A DNA stretch of 64,000 bases from Candidatus Cloacimonadota bacterium (GCA_963676615.1 OY781092.1:160001-224000); one strand, 5' to 3'. Shown: positions 20,401-28,907, counted from the stretch's first letter. The notes: generated by a model from the sequence alone, not told the origin. Program-made: numbers and translations.

Positions 20401-22510
20401 CGGGCGAACTTCCATCTGCAAATTTAAAGAAATTCGTAACCGTTTCTGTGTTCCAGCCGCTCAAATTTTGCGCAAAACTCGTCGCACCCGCAAACATCTG
20501 GCTCATATCGGTAACTTTTTCGATGTCCCAGCCGCTGATGTCTTGGTTGAAAGCGCTCGCATTTTCGAACATCCCGCTCATATTAGTAGCGCTGCTCGTT
20601 GTCCAGCCGCTGATGTTGGCGTTGAAACTCGTTGCCCCCGCGAACATCCTGCTCATATAGCTCACATTGCCGACGCTCCAGCTGCTAAGGTCTTGGGCAA
20701 AATTTGCAGCATCTTGGAAAATTCCAGACATATCGCCGACACTGCTTACAGACCAGCCGCCGATGTCTTGGTTGAAGGCGCTTGCCCCTTTGAACATTCT
20801 GCTCATATTGGTGACTTGGCTCGTTGTCCAGCCGCTAAGGTCTTGATTAAACGAGCTGGCGCCCTCAAACATCCCGCTCATATTGGTAACATTCTCGACA
20901 TTCCAGTCGCTGATATCTTGGTTGAAATTTTGCACGGTGTCCGCATTTGAAAAGTCGGTGACGATACTCATCAAGCCCGACATATCGGTGATTTGGCTGA
21001 TGTTGGCGCTAGTCACATCCCTGCCGCTAGCGATCAAGAGCGCTAGGTCTTCTCTGCTCAGGGCGTAGTTGTCAAACTTTGGCTTCTCATCCAAAGTCCA
21101 GCTGGGGGAATGCCCGCTAGCAAAATCGCTGTGGTCGCTGATTTGGCTGACATTCCAGCCGCTAATATCTTGATCAAAAGCGCTTGCCCCCGCAAACATC
21201 TGGCTCATATTCGTAACATTGTTTGTCGTCCAACCGCCGATATTTTGGTTGAAAGCGCTCGCATCTTTGAACATCCCGCTCATATTTGTAACTTTGCCGA
21301 CTTGCCAGTCTCTGATGTTGCCATTGAACTTTTTTGCCCCCTCGAACATTTGGCTCATATCGGTAACATTGCCCACATTCCATCCGTCGAGGTCTTGGTT
21401 GAAATTTGCGGCGTTTTTGAACATCCCACTCATATTGGTGACTTGGCTGGTTGTCCAGTCGCTAAGGTCTTGATTAAACGAGCTGGCACCCTCGAACATA
21501 CCGCTCATATTGGTGGCGCCGCTCACATCCCAGCCGCTGATATCTTGGTTGAAATTTTGCACGATGGAGCAGGAGCTTAACTCCTCTCCCAAAGCATCGG
21601 CTACCGCTTGCATCAAGCCCGACATATCGCTGATTTGGCTGACATTCGCACCAGCAACATTTTCGCCATTTGCAATCGCACTTACCAAATTTTCTTTGCT
21701 GAGAGGGTCGGAATTTTTCATCAACTTAATTTCCCACGGAGTTGAATTGTAAGCCTGCAGCTCGCTCTTGGTTTTGGCGAAATTTTTACTGTCATAGCCC
21801 GCTTTGCTGACCGTAATGGTGTAGTTTTCTTGCTCTTCCAGCAAAATTTTTGTCGCTTTGGGTTTTATCAAAATCGTGTCGGCGCTGCTTTCTTCCTTAA
21901 AATTTGCAGAAGTGCCAGTCCATACACCATTGTCGTTTAAGATTTTCGCCTCGATGTAAAAGACAACCAAAGAGCCCTCATAAGTGAAATCCGCAAAGCC
22001 AAAATCTTGCGGATCTGTGTCGGATTCTACCTCAACGACTTTTAGAGCTAGCTGATTTTCGCCTTCGTTTACCTTAAATTTATACGGCAACGACGAGGGA
22101 ATTTTTAGGGTTTTATCGACAAAACTTTCGCTCTTGGGAACGGCAAAAATTGTGAGCCCAGTCGCGTTCAGCAGCTCAAATCTTGTGATTTCGTAGTCGC
22201 CGATGTCCAGAGTCAGCAAATTTGTGAGCGGGATTTTGACAGAAAATTCGGTAGTGTCGTTTTTCTTTCGATATTTAAGGGCTATTTTTGTGGCTGTTTG
22301 GGTGTCGCCAGAGCTTAGATTGACGCTTTGTCCAGTGGAGCTAAGTCTTTCCAAGCTAAAGTATACTTCGCCCTGTTTGTCTTCATTAACAGTTGGAGAA
22401 TCGTCTTCGTTTTGGTTGCCGTCGAGGTCGTCCAAAATTTTGTCGAAACACGAAAAAAGCACCAAAATCATCGCCAAAAAAGCAACAAGCTTGACTCTTC
22501 TAAAATTCAT
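14447..22510 (-). CDS. Giant BspA/DUF285 (PARCEL-repeat) surface lipoprotein, 2687 aa
   Basis: Lipobox LFSC; dozens of ~25-aa repeats FNQDISGWDVSxVTNMSGMFxGA arranged in 11 capped modules. Confidence 0.92.
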   Translation of the reverse strand: MNFRRVKLVAFLAMILVLFSCFDKILDDLDGNQNEDDSPTVNEDKQGEVYFSLERLSSTGQSVNLSSGDTQTATKIALKYRKKNDTTEFSVKIPLTNLLTLDIGDYEITRFELLNATGLTIFAVPKSESFVDKTLKIPSSLPYKFKVNEGENQLALKVVEVESDTDPQDFGFADFTYEGSLVVFYIEAKILNDNGVWTGTSANFKEESSADTILIKPKATKILLEEQENYTITVSKAGYDSKNFAKTKSELQAYNSTPWEIKLMKNSDPLSKENLVSAIANGENVAGANVSQISDMSGLMQAVADALGEELSSCSIVQNFNQDISGWDVSGATNMSGMFEGASSFNQDLSDWTTSQVTNMSGMFKNAANFNQDLDGWNVGNVTDMSQMFEGAKKFNGNIRDWQVGKVTNMSGMFKDASAFNQNIGGWTTNNVTNMSQMFAGASAFDQDISGWNVSQISDHSDFASGHSPSWTLDEKPKFDNYALSREDLALLIASGRDVTSANISQITDMSGLMSIVTDFSNADTVQNFNQDISDWNVENVTNMSGMFEGASSFNQDLSGWTTSQVTNMSRMFKGASAFNQDIGGWSVSSVGDMSGIFQDAANFAQDLSSWSVGNVSYMSRMFAGATSFNANISGWTTSSATNMSGMFENASAFNQDISGWDIEKVTDMSQMFAGATSFAQNLSGWNTETVTNFFKFADGSSPEWTIAQKPKFHLNRHKLAQMIANGEDVTYVSLAYIDYLPDLMQDVARISGTDSPENCPAVQNFNQDISGWDVSNIKNMSGMFEGASSFNRDISGWTTSQVTDMSRMFKGASSFNQNIGGWNVDSVVNMSGMFEDASLFNQDISGWKTSRVANMSSMFARASAFDQNISGWNIDKVTEFNDFDSNSNASWLADEKPQFPIGKQQLAQMIANDEDVSNVKLTGDFSYLMEAVASLSSQSVVQNFNQDISGWNVEKVSKMTEMFQGASSLNQDISGWDVSSVSDMSGMFSGASNFDQDLSGWVIDSVKNYDNFDTASSTNWTILEKPNLKNLPLRKADLVLLISKGKDVTKVNVSQITDMSNLMQAVADSLGENLSSCSIVKNFDQDIRGWNVENVTDMSGMFKGASGFDKDLSGWSVGNVTAIDEFDAGTSSQWTILEKPALAGYPLTKENLVLLIANQRDVSSANVSQITDMSNLMTQVASALDYDNPKECPVVQSFNQDISQWDVSRVKDMHHMFQNATSFNQNIGGWSVDSVTNMSYMFDNAESFNQNIGGWDVSQVTNMNGMFSLADNFNGNVGLWGAKTGKVREMSGMFLEAGKFNQDISSWDVSQVYNMSEMFYKATAFNQNISDWNVGKAYFMQYMFGDAENFNQDIGSWNVSTVRRMDGMFKGAAKFNGDIGDWNAKTGNVYTMDSMFEGAIAFNQDISDWDVSDVTTMASMFKNATSFSKYIGDWDVDSVTNMNSMFYGATAFDDNIKDWEVDRVEDMRAMFYSASNFGRDLSRWNVGAVTDFNFFDSGTKDSWLASEKPSFPINTKHALARQIALGKDVTNLDVSSITDLSDLMQEVADYLQEDIDDCQTVKDFNQNISNWNIANVTKMDSMLYNAISFNQDLSGWDIGKVTKSQDYALNASKWEFSNRPNLPVSKSDLVLMIAAGNDVTNVDVSQITDMSNLMDLVASRSSQSVKSFNQNISGWDVSGVTNMSRMFAGANSFNQPIGSWNVANVTDMSYMFESDTIFDQPLGGWNVSGVTNMKGMFAGAKKFNGNIGNWGQKTSQVTDMSHMFDGAESFNQAIGTWNLQSVKNLSAMFRNAKSFNQDINANTSNNTWNFNATDMSYMFEGATAFDRPIGDWNTGLVTDMSYMFRETNFNQDISDWDIDQVTDLTMMFADNTVFDQDLTAWSSDALTAFTQRGEIKQFGGFCSWDHNYEWKLSEMPKFPVTLDKLIELIADNVDVALADVQFITDMSFLMSKVTQKYNEIHGTTYSADDCPPVFNFNQEIGEWNVSNVTDMESMFYKARAFNQDISGWDVANVRNMRYMFGGASSFNREIGNWKNVAPINTSGMFSEATKFNQDIGSWNMAYVTDMNRMFAGATAFNNGGSSSIGGWNTANAINMERTFVGAYNFDQDISRWNVDKIQNFDYFASEENTNWTALERPKFPISKQELVAKIVAGMDLAGLKLAGDMSGLMQAVADAKGETILSCQTVQNFNDPDVISWDVSNVTNMDGMFAYAKSFNQPLNGWNVGNVTSMSQMFAGAQSFNQNLDSWNVSKVTNMRAMFNGAYNFNGDVPSWDVSKVTSMGYMFKGTPFNGYIGNWDVSSVTDMEYMFDEARKFDQDITRWNVSSVTTARSMFHGASSFRQNLINWDISQDANLADFDYITRSDWGVQEKPRALVPPITFDELIKKIAKGEDVRYVNTSQITSLRNLIPDAQEYWEDHPTECEGVSSPNSSFNQDISYWDVSNVTDMTYTFYHAEVFNQNINNWDVGNVKKMASTFCDAYEFNQPLDKWDMGSVTTIYGMFWGAFRFNQPINSWKFNTRYNETRNKDDWFDRMDSAFRRAFSFNQNINDWDVQHVTKMSTVFLRAYAFNQPLDKWNVSELKRARAMFYKAKSFNQPLDNWDVTNVDDMFCMFQGAQSFNQPLNTWTAKLVSVGGNYSWYQENTPAWQENYKPRFSADPADFDPYLEFQKYEDYVPDPDWLPNYDQN
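20069..20884. repeat. Near-identical ~105-nt intragenic direct repeat within the DUF285 gene
   Basis: 20069-20173 and 20780-20884 share GCTTGCCCCTTTGAACATTCTGCTCATAT.GGTGACTTGGCTCGTTGTCCAGCCGCT...GATTAAACGAGCTGGCGCCCTC.AACATCCCGCTCATATT; offset 711 nt (in frame). Confidence 0.85.
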
Positions 22511-22662
22511 AAAAAACTTCCTTTTTTTGTAAAGATTAACAACTATCTTCCGTATGTTGATGCTACAGTATATGCAAAGGAATTGTCAAACAATTTTTGG
22601 ATTTTTTTGGGAGTTGTGATTTGCTGTAAATCTTGATTTGTCAACAGGTTAAAGCCTTTTCG

Positions 22663-24153
22663 CTATTTGCGCTCTTTCACAACTCTAAGCCCATAAGTTT
22701 TGCTAGTGTCGCTTGGAGCAGCAGACTGGAGAAATTCAATTGCGATGTATGTGCTGTCGGCTTGATAGCTCCCGCCTTTCATAGCTCTGTCTCCAGTTGT
22801 TTCATCTTTTTCGTCAAAACACCATTCCCACAGGTTCCCGCTCATATCGTAAACGCCCAACTGATTTGTTGTCCGTGATTTTACGGTGTGGCAAGAGTCC
22901 TGGCTGTTTGAGCTAAACCAAGCAACCTTTTCAAAAGCGTTGATGTTTCCAGCTAAAGCTCCGCTTGCCCAGTATAAATTGGTGCATTCTCCGTTGTTTC
23001 GCAGCAAAATTTGGTCAGACTTTTTGTCTTCGATGAACATCGCCGCAAGATTCCACTCGGAAACGGTTGGCAGTCTGAATCCAGTTGCGTTTTCGTCTAA
23101 AACCAACTGGTCTTCGTCAAAAGATGTCGGATTTTTAATGACGGCATCGCCATTTTTTTTGTAGTAGCAAGTGTAGTTTGGCGTTGGTGAAACCTGGGAG
23201 TTGCAATATTCGGTCAAAGCGTTGCAAAAGATAATCGCCTCTTTCCAAGAAATTTTACTAATCGGATGGTTGTCCGAGATTGCAGTTGGATCGTCAGAGA
23301 AAGAGTAGCCGTTTGATTCTGCCCAAGTGGTTACATCGTCCCAAACTTTTTTGGTTATTTCGGTTTGAGCAATCCAAAAAGCTGTTTTAACGCTGTCATC
23401 TCCAGAAGGATGAGCAGGAAATTGCTTTATTTTGGGAACAAAATTCATTATCATATCGGCGTTGCCCAAAAAGTCAACTTGATCTCCTGGTGCAAAATCT
23501 ATTTCAATTTTTATGGAATCTTTCAGTCCGCTTCTGGCAACGCCTGCGGGAGTAGCTCGTATGTAGGTTGAGCCCGTGTCGTTTGCTGTGACTAAGCCAA
23601 AATCGTTGACGCTGGCGATATTGGCGTTGTCAGAAATCCAAGTGACGCCAGAATCGACATAGATATCTGGGCTGAAGTAAGCTTTTAATTGGCTGGTCTG
23701 TCCTTTTGCTATCTGAACAGAGGTGGAATCTAGCCAAAATCCCACAATCTCAAAGTAGCAAACAAGTATCATCGAAGCGCTTACTTGTTTGTCTTCCAAT
23801 GTGATTGCTTTTGCGGTAATCTCGGAAGATCCAGCCCTTTTTGCCACGATAGTTCGCTGAAAATCGTTGTCGTCAATAAATTCGGCAATATTTGGGTTGG
23901 AGATGCTCCAGACGATGTTTTTTTCCAAAGCGTCGCTGGGCGAGTATGATAGGGTAACGGTTGTGGTGTCAAATTCTTTAGCTTCTGGAGGCGATGTATT
24001 TTCGATAGGGATAAGATAAATTTTTATTTGCTTTTGAGTAAAAAAAATGTCGTCGAGATCAAAATTTTGTTCTGAGGTGCTATTGGGAGAATAAAGACAA
24101 CCGCCGAGGCTGGCGGCGATAGCGGCGACGAACAAAAAGAGTCTAAATTTCAT
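22663..24153 (-). CDS. Lipoprotein with two Ig-like (Big_2) domains and C-terminal FGE-sulfatase (SUMF1-like) domain
   Basis: Lipobox LGGC; VWSISNPNIA and VTWISDNANIASV..G.VTA Big_2 motifs; TEIT, HP...ISW.EA..FCN.L, FRLPT.SEW, NQLGVYDMSGNLWEWC, GLRVV. Confidence 0.88.
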   Translation of the reverse strand: MKFRLFLFVAAIAASLGGCLYSPNSTSEQNFDLDDIFFTQKQIKIYLIPIENTSPPEAKEFDTTTVTLSYSPSDALEKNIVWSISNPNIAEFIDDNDFQRTIVAKRAGSSEITAKAITLEDKQVSASMILVCYFEIVGFWLDSTSVQIAKGQTSQLKAYFSPDIYVDSGVTWISDNANIASVNDFGLVTANDTGSTYIRATPAGVARSGLKDSIKIEIDFAPGDQVDFLGNADMIMNFVPKIKQFPAHPSGDDSVKTAFWIAQTEITKKVWDDVTTWAESNGYSFSDDPTAISDNHPISKISWKEAIIFCNALTEYCNSQVSPTPNYTCYYKKNGDAVIKNPTSFDEDQLVLDENATGFRLPTVSEWNLAAMFIEDKKSDQILLRNNGECTNLYWASGALAGNINAFEKVAWFSSNSQDSCHTVKSRTTNQLGVYDMSGNLWEWCFDEKDETTGDRAMKGGSYQADSTYIAIEFLQSAAPSDTSKTYGLRVVKERK

Positions 24154-24341
24154 TTTTCTTTTTTTTACTCCATATATTACGAACAAAATAATCTTTGTTT
24201 TTTTTTAAGTGAAATCGAAAATGTTAATAAATTGTCAAGAATTAAAGAGATAAAAGCCAAATTTAGAAAAAAGATTTGACAAATAATGAGTGTAAATCCG
24301 ATTTAGGGAATATAAAAAATGAGGAAACAGACGAGGGAAAA

Positions 24342-25235
24342 ATGCTAAAGAACAAACTATTTCTATTTATTGGGTTTATGGTGGTTTTGCAGATTTTGGT
24401 GTCTTGGGTAGGTTTGGGCTCAGATTTGAACATTGGCACGAACCCGGCAACGGGGAAGTTTGCGGTGTGGAATTCGCCGAACGACAACTCGATCCAAAAG
24501 CAGATTTTGACCGAGTTTCAGCCAGATCAATACCTAGCGGAAAATGGCGGCACTGGCGAAATCTTGGGCAGCGCCGCTCTCTACGGTTTTTTTGCTAAAT
24601 TCACCGCTTCGCCTTTGGGCACATCCAAACTTCTGTTTATGATTTTGGTCGTCGATTTGCTTCTTTTGGCTGGAGCGATTTTTGTCGCCAAAACCGCGAG
24701 CTTTATCCCTGGTAAATGGCAATTGTTGTGGGAAAATATCTACAATTTTTTTGCGGAACTCGTGGGCGACTCGCTGGGTAAAGACCGTCTGAACTTTTTG
24801 CCATACATCGCCACGATTTTTCTTTTTATTCTAATGAGCAACATTTTGGGCGTTGTGCCTGGACTCTCCGAGCCAACCAGAAACCTGAATGTGCCGCTGG
24901 GAATGGGCATCGTCGCCAATGTCGTGGTGCACTTTATGATGATAAAAGTCAAGGGCGCTTGGGGCTATATGAAAGGCTACGCTGAGCCGATGTTTTTCCT
25001 AACGCCGCTGAATGTTTTGGGCGAAGCATCAAAGCTGGTGTCGATTTCGTTCCGTTTGTTCGGCAACATTTTGGGCGGCTCGATTATCTGCGTTGTGATC
25101 TCCAACTTGACCAAATTTATCGTTTTCCCGATGTTTCTTTCGGGATTTTTTGGAATATTTATCGGCATTATTCAAGCGTTTGTGTTTACAATGCTCTCGC
25201 TTTCGTATCTAAGTGCTGGAATAGTAGAGGAATAA
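24342..25235 (+). CDS. atpB: F1Fo ATP synthase subunit a
   Basis: PGKWQ..E, NILG..P, PT.NLN, SISFRLFGNILGG (essential Arg), IQAFVFTML. Confidence 0.93.
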   Translation: MLKNKLFLFIGFMVVLQILVSWVGLGSDLNIGTNPATGKFAVWNSPNDNSIQKQILTEFQPDQYLAENGGTGEILGSAALYGFFAKFTASPLGTSKLLFMILVVDLLLLAGAIFVAKTASFIPGKWQLLWENIYNFFAELVGDSLGKDRLNFLPYIATIFLFILMSNILGVVPGLSEPTRNLNVPLGMGIVANVVVHFMMIKVKGAWGYMKGYAEPMFFLTPLNVLGEASKLVSISFRLFGNILGGSIICVVISNLTKFIVFPMFLSGFFGIFIGIIQAFVFTMLSLSYLSAGIVEE

Positions 25236-25238
25236 CAA

Positions 25239-25988
25239 ATGATAGACCCAGGAATAATTCGGATTGCGGCGTATATCTCTGCTGGCATCGCTGTGGGAAC
25301 GGCATCTTTGGCAACGGGCATCGGCTCGGGCTATATCGCTGGTGGAGCCGTGGAGTCGATGGAGCGGCAACCACTTATTAGCGACAAACTTTTCCGCAGT
25401 ATGCTCATCGGGCAAGCCGCCACAGGAACAGGAGCGATTTTGTCGTTGGTGATAGGGCTTTTGCTACTTTTTGGCGGATTTGATAATCCCGCAGGTGGCT
25501 GGTTCCGAGTCGCTTCACTTTTGGGAGCTGGCATCGCTATCGGTCTTGGCGCAATCGGCTCTGGCTATGGTGCAGGCGCTGCTGGTGGACAGGCGTGCGT
25601 AGCAATGGGGCGTGTCCCCGACAAAAACGCAACCCTTTTGGGTAATATGCTCATCGGGCAGGCGCTTAGCCAGTCGGTGACGATTTACGCACTGCTGATT
25701 TCGCTGATGCTGCTTTACTCCACGCCGCTGCAGCCTAGCGGTTTGGACACGGGCTCGATTGTGATGAAGTCGGTGGCTTTGGTTGCTTCGGGAATATGCA
25801 TCGGATTTGGGAGCATCGGCTCTGGCATCGGAATTGGCGAGCTAGCGGGCAAATCGAATATGAGCATCGCCAAAGTGAGCAAAGGCGAAATGGGCGTGAT
25901 GCGGGTGATGTTTATCGGTTCGGCAGTTACGCAATCGACGGCGGTTTATGCTTTGATTGTCTCGTTTTTGCTGATGTTTATAGTTTAA
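25239..25988 (+). CDS. Triplicated c-subunit-like proteolipid (3 hairpins, 6 TM) lacking ion-binding carboxylates
   Basis: Three GxGxGxG-loop-MxIGxA repeats that align to the adjacent atpE; positions equivalent to atpE E63 are G63, Q145 and Q232. Confidence 0.9.
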   Translation: MIDPGIIRIAAYISAGIAVGTASLATGIGSGYIAGGAVESMERQPLISDKLFRSMLIGQAATGTGAILSLVIGLLLLFGGFDNPAGGWFRVASLLGAGIAIGLGAIGSGYGAGAAGGQACVAMGRVPDKNATLLGNMLIGQALSQSVTIYALLISLMLLYSTPLQPSGLDTGSIVMKSVALVASGICIGFGSIGSGIGIGELAGKSNMSIAKVSKGEMGVMRVMFIGSAVTQSTAVYALIVSFLLMFIV

Positions 25989-26041
25989 ATAAAAAAGAAA
26001 ATAAAAAAAGTTCTTAATTTTTAAGAGTTAGGAGGAAAGTT

Positions 26042-26284
26042 ATGGATATGACATTGATTGTTAAGGCGGCATCGCTGCTAGGAGCGGGCATTTGTATGGG
26101 TCTTGGTGCTATCGGACCGGGAGTCGGAGAGGGTTTTGTGGGCGGAAAAGCTTGCGAGGGTATCGCCAGAAGCCCCGAGCATGCAGGGCTTATCACCAGA
26201 ACTATGCTTGTTGGACAGGCTGTGTCGGAGTCAACTGGTATCTACTCGCTGGTTATTGCGCTTCTTTTGATGTTCTCTGTGTAG
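26042..26284 (+). CDS. atpE: F1Fo ATP synthase subunit c, Na+-type
   Basis: GPGVGEG, RSP loop, [11 protein letters not shown]a+ signature; AGGAGG RBS. Confidence 0.95.
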   Translation: MDMTLIVKAASLLGAGICMGLGAIGPGVGEGFVGGKACEGIARSPEHAGLITRTMLVGQAVSESTGIYSLVIALLLMFSV

Positions 26285-26347
26285 TGACTTTTTTTGGATT
26301 ACGAAAAAAAGTTTGATAACTAAAGATTTTAAAAGGAGTCGTATCTT

Positions 26348-26824
26348 ATGGTAAGCGTAGATTATTCGCTGATTTTGGTGATTCTGAACTTTATTGTTTT
26401 GATGTGGCTTTTGAATAAGTTCATTTTTCAAAATGTAAAGAAATTTTTGGAAAAGCGCCAGGAGAAAATTGCCACTGAGTTGAAAGAGACGCAGGCGGCA
26501 CGAGACGAGGCAAAAGAGCTTGTTTTGCAAAAAGAGCAGGAGCTAAAAAAGGCGGATTCGGAAATCAGGAGCGAGCGCAAACGGGTTCTGAGTAAGGCAG
26601 AGGGCGAGGCAACGCAGATAATTGATGAGGCGAAATCTCGCGAAAAGGCGATTTTGCAGGAGAGCAAAAAGGAGCTTCTTTCGCAAAAAAGTGCGGTTGT
26701 TGCGGGCATTAGCGACGAGGTTATTGCTTTGGTAGCAAAGGTTTCGGAGAAAATTATTGGCAAAAAGTTGGATGAGAAGACCGACGCTGAGCTTATCAAA
26801 AAGATGATAGCCGAAGGAATTTAG
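26348..26824 (+). CDS. atpF: F1Fo ATP synthase subunit b
   Basis: N-terminal TM (NFIVLMWLL), LEKRQEKI, charged coiled coil; operon position. Confidence 0.92.
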   Translation: MVSVDYSLILVILNFIVLMWLLNKFIFQNVKKFLEKRQEKIATELKETQAARDEAKELVLQKEQELKKADSEIRSERKRVLSKAEGEATQIIDEAKSREKAILQESKKELLSQKSAVVAGISDEVIALVAKVSEKIIGKKLDEKTDAELIKKMIAEGI

Positions 26825-26828
26825 GACT

Positions 26829-27356
26829 GTGAGAAGTAAGATAATAGCTTCCAGATATGCCAAGGCTTTGTTTTCGTTGTTGCAAAAGGAGAAGCTTGAT
26901 GTTTTTGGGCAAGATGCGCAAAAGTTAATCGCTTTTTTTGCGGCGAACGACCAACTGGCGAAGAGTTTGAACAGTTCTGTTTTTGGGAAAGCCAAAAAGG
27001 AGAGCTTTGTTAAGGAGCTTTCTGGGCAGCTGAGTGACGCCAAGATTTGGAATAACTTTTTGTGGCTGCTGGTGAAGAAGCATCGTTTTGATTTTGTGGT
27101 GGAGATCTTGCAGGAGCTTGCGGGCGTTATTTTGGATTATCAAAATGGCGAAAATGTGCTTTTAGTGCTGGCGCGTGAGCATTCGGAAGGTTTGCTGGCG
27201 GAGATCAAGGAAGCTATTGGAGAGAAAATCGGTAAGAAACCGAAAATTTCTTTGGTGATGGATACGGCAATTTTGGGTGGATTTGTGGCGCATACCAAAA
27301 ATTTTACGATAGATTGTTCGGTGAAAAGCAGTTTGGATAGATTGGCTGCTCAATAG
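26829..27356 (+). CDS. atpH: F1 subunit delta
   Basis: IASRYAKALF, D.AILGGF..IDCSVK; operon position. Confidence 0.9.
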   Translation: MRSKIIASRYAKALFSLLQKEKLDVFGQDAQKLIAFFAANDQLAKSLNSSVFGKAKKESFVKELSGQLSDAKIWNNFLWLLVKKHRFDFVVEILQELAGVILDYQNGENVLLVLAREHSEGLLAEIKEAIGEKIGKKPKISLVMDTAILGGFVAHTKNFTIDCSVKSSLDRLAAQ

Positions 27357-27366
27357 GAGTTAATGG

Positions 27367-28866
27367 ATGAAAATACAACCTGATGAAGTAAGTAATATTT
27401 TGAAGAGTAGAATCGACGATTTTACTTTTGATGTAGATATCGCCGAGACTGGAAAGGTGGTGGAAGTTGGCGATGGTATCGCGCGTGTGTATGGTTTGCA
27501 TAATGTGCTGGCCTCGGAGATGGTCGTTTTTGAGAACGATGTTTACGGAATGGCGCTGAACCTGGAGGAGGACAATGTTGGTTGTATCCTTTTTGGTAAT
27601 GGTAGCAGCGTTAAAGAGGGCGACACCGTTAAGCGAACTGGAAAAGTTTTGCAGGTGCCTGTGGGCGAAGCGATGCAGGGCAGAGTGGTTGATCCGCTGG
27701 GCAGTCCGCTGGACGGAAAGGGCGAGATTAAGGCGGAGATGTTTTTGCCTGTGGAGCGAAAAGCTTTGGGCGTTATCCAACGGCAACCCGTGGAAGAGGC
27801 TTTGCAGACAGGCTTGAAAGCTATCGATTCGATGATTCCTATCGGTAGAGGACAGCGTGAGCTTATCATTGGCGACCGTCAGACAGGGAAAACTGCGATC
27901 GGTTTGGATACGATTATCAACCAAAAAGATACGGGCGTGAAGTGTATTTATGTGGCTATCGGGCAAAAAGCTTCGACTGTGGCTGGCATCGTGAAAACTT
28001 TGGAAGAGCATGGCGCGATGGCTTATACGACAATCGTTAGTGCGACGGCGTCGGTTTCGCCAGCTTTGCAATATATCGCTCCTTTTGCGGGCGCTTCGAT
28101 TGCGGAGTATTATCGCGACAAGGGCGAGCACGCTTTGATTATTTACGACGATTTGTCCAAGCACGCTGTGGCGTATCGTGAGCTGTCGCTTCTTTTGCGT
28201 AGACCGCCGGGTCGTGAGGCTTTCCCAGGCGATGTGTTTTATTTGCACTCTCGCCTTTTGGAGAGGGCGAGCAAGTTGAGCGATGAGCTTGGTGGTGGCA
28301 GTCTTACGGCTTTGCCGATTATCGAGACGCAAGCGGAAGATATTTCGGCTTACATTCCTACGAATGTGATCTCGATTACGGACGGGCAGATTTATTTGTC
28401 GTCAAAACTGTTTTATTCTGGGCGTCGTCCTGCGATTAACGCGGGATTGTCGGTTTCGAGAGTGGGCGGAAGCGCGCAGATTAACTGTATGAAAAAAGTT
28501 GTCGGTCAGTTGCGTTTCGACCTAGCGCAATATGCGGAGTTGGAAGCTTTTGCCAAGTTCGGTTCGGATTTGGACAAAGCAACGCAGGCGCAGCTTCGTC
28601 GTGGAGAGCGTCTTATCCAGATCCTCAAGCAAGGGCAGTATAAGCCGCTGGAGGTTGCCAAGCAAATTATGATAATTTTTATGGCGAACAACGGCTATTT
28701 GGACGAAGTTGAATTGGGCAAAATTCCTGTTGTGGAGGAGAAACTTTTCGAGACTTTGGACGATAAACATCAAGATTTGAAAAAATCTTTGTCTAGCGAA
28801 AAACTTACCGACGAGCTTAAAGAAAAAATGCACGCTCTTTGTAAGGAGGTCGTGGCTAAGTTTTAG
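27367..28866 (+). CDS. atpA: F1 subunit alpha
   Basis: [54 protein letters not shown]. Confidence 0.98.
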   Translation: MKIQPDEVSNILKSRIDDFTFDVDIAETGKVVEVGDGIARVYGLHNVLASEMVVFENDVYGMALNLEEDNVGCILFGNGSSVKEGDTVKRTGKVLQVPVGEAMQGRVVDPLGSPLDGKGEIKAEMFLPVERKALGVIQRQPVEEALQTGLKAIDSMIPIGRGQRELIIGDRQTGKTAIGLDTIINQKDTGVKCIYVAIGQKASTVAGIVKTLEEHGAMAYTTIVSATASVSPALQYIAPFAGASIAEYYRDKGEHALIIYDDLSKHAVAYRELSLLLRRPPGREAFPGDVFYLHSRLLERASKLSDELGGGSLTALPIIETQAEDISAYIPTNVISITDGQIYLSSKLFYSGRRPAINAGLSVSRVGGSAQINCMKKVVGQLRFDLAQYAELEAFAKFGSDLDKATQAQLRRGERLIQILKQGQYKPLEVAKQIMIIFMANNGYLDEVELGKIPVVEEKLFETLDDKHQDLKKSLSSEKLTDELKEKMHALCKEVVAKF

Positions 28867-28907
28867 TCATTTTTGCTAAATTAAAAGAAGCAAAAATTCT
28901 TTTTTGA

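Noticed and set aside
14504..21752. Many repetitive plus-strand ORFs (HIPAADILVE...) and periodic DNA repeats resembling a CRISPR array
   Set aside because: They are antisense readings of the DUF285 repeats; the period is an in-frame ~75 nt with degenerate copies, no unique spacers and no cas genes.
22663..22800. Complete diversity-generating retroelement
   Set aside because: No template repeat, reverse transcriptase or Avd gene is visible in the window; kept only as a possible remote target.
25239..25988. V/A-type K subunit or read-through artefact of three atpE copies
   Set aside because: Repeats align in register with the F-type atpE, are strongly diverged from each other and are joined by sense linkers with no trace of stops or RBSs.
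24342..28866. N-ATPase operon
   Set aside because: The c subunit has two Glu as in N-ATPases, but the order B-E-F-H-A with a separate delta and no atpQ/atpR is F-type.
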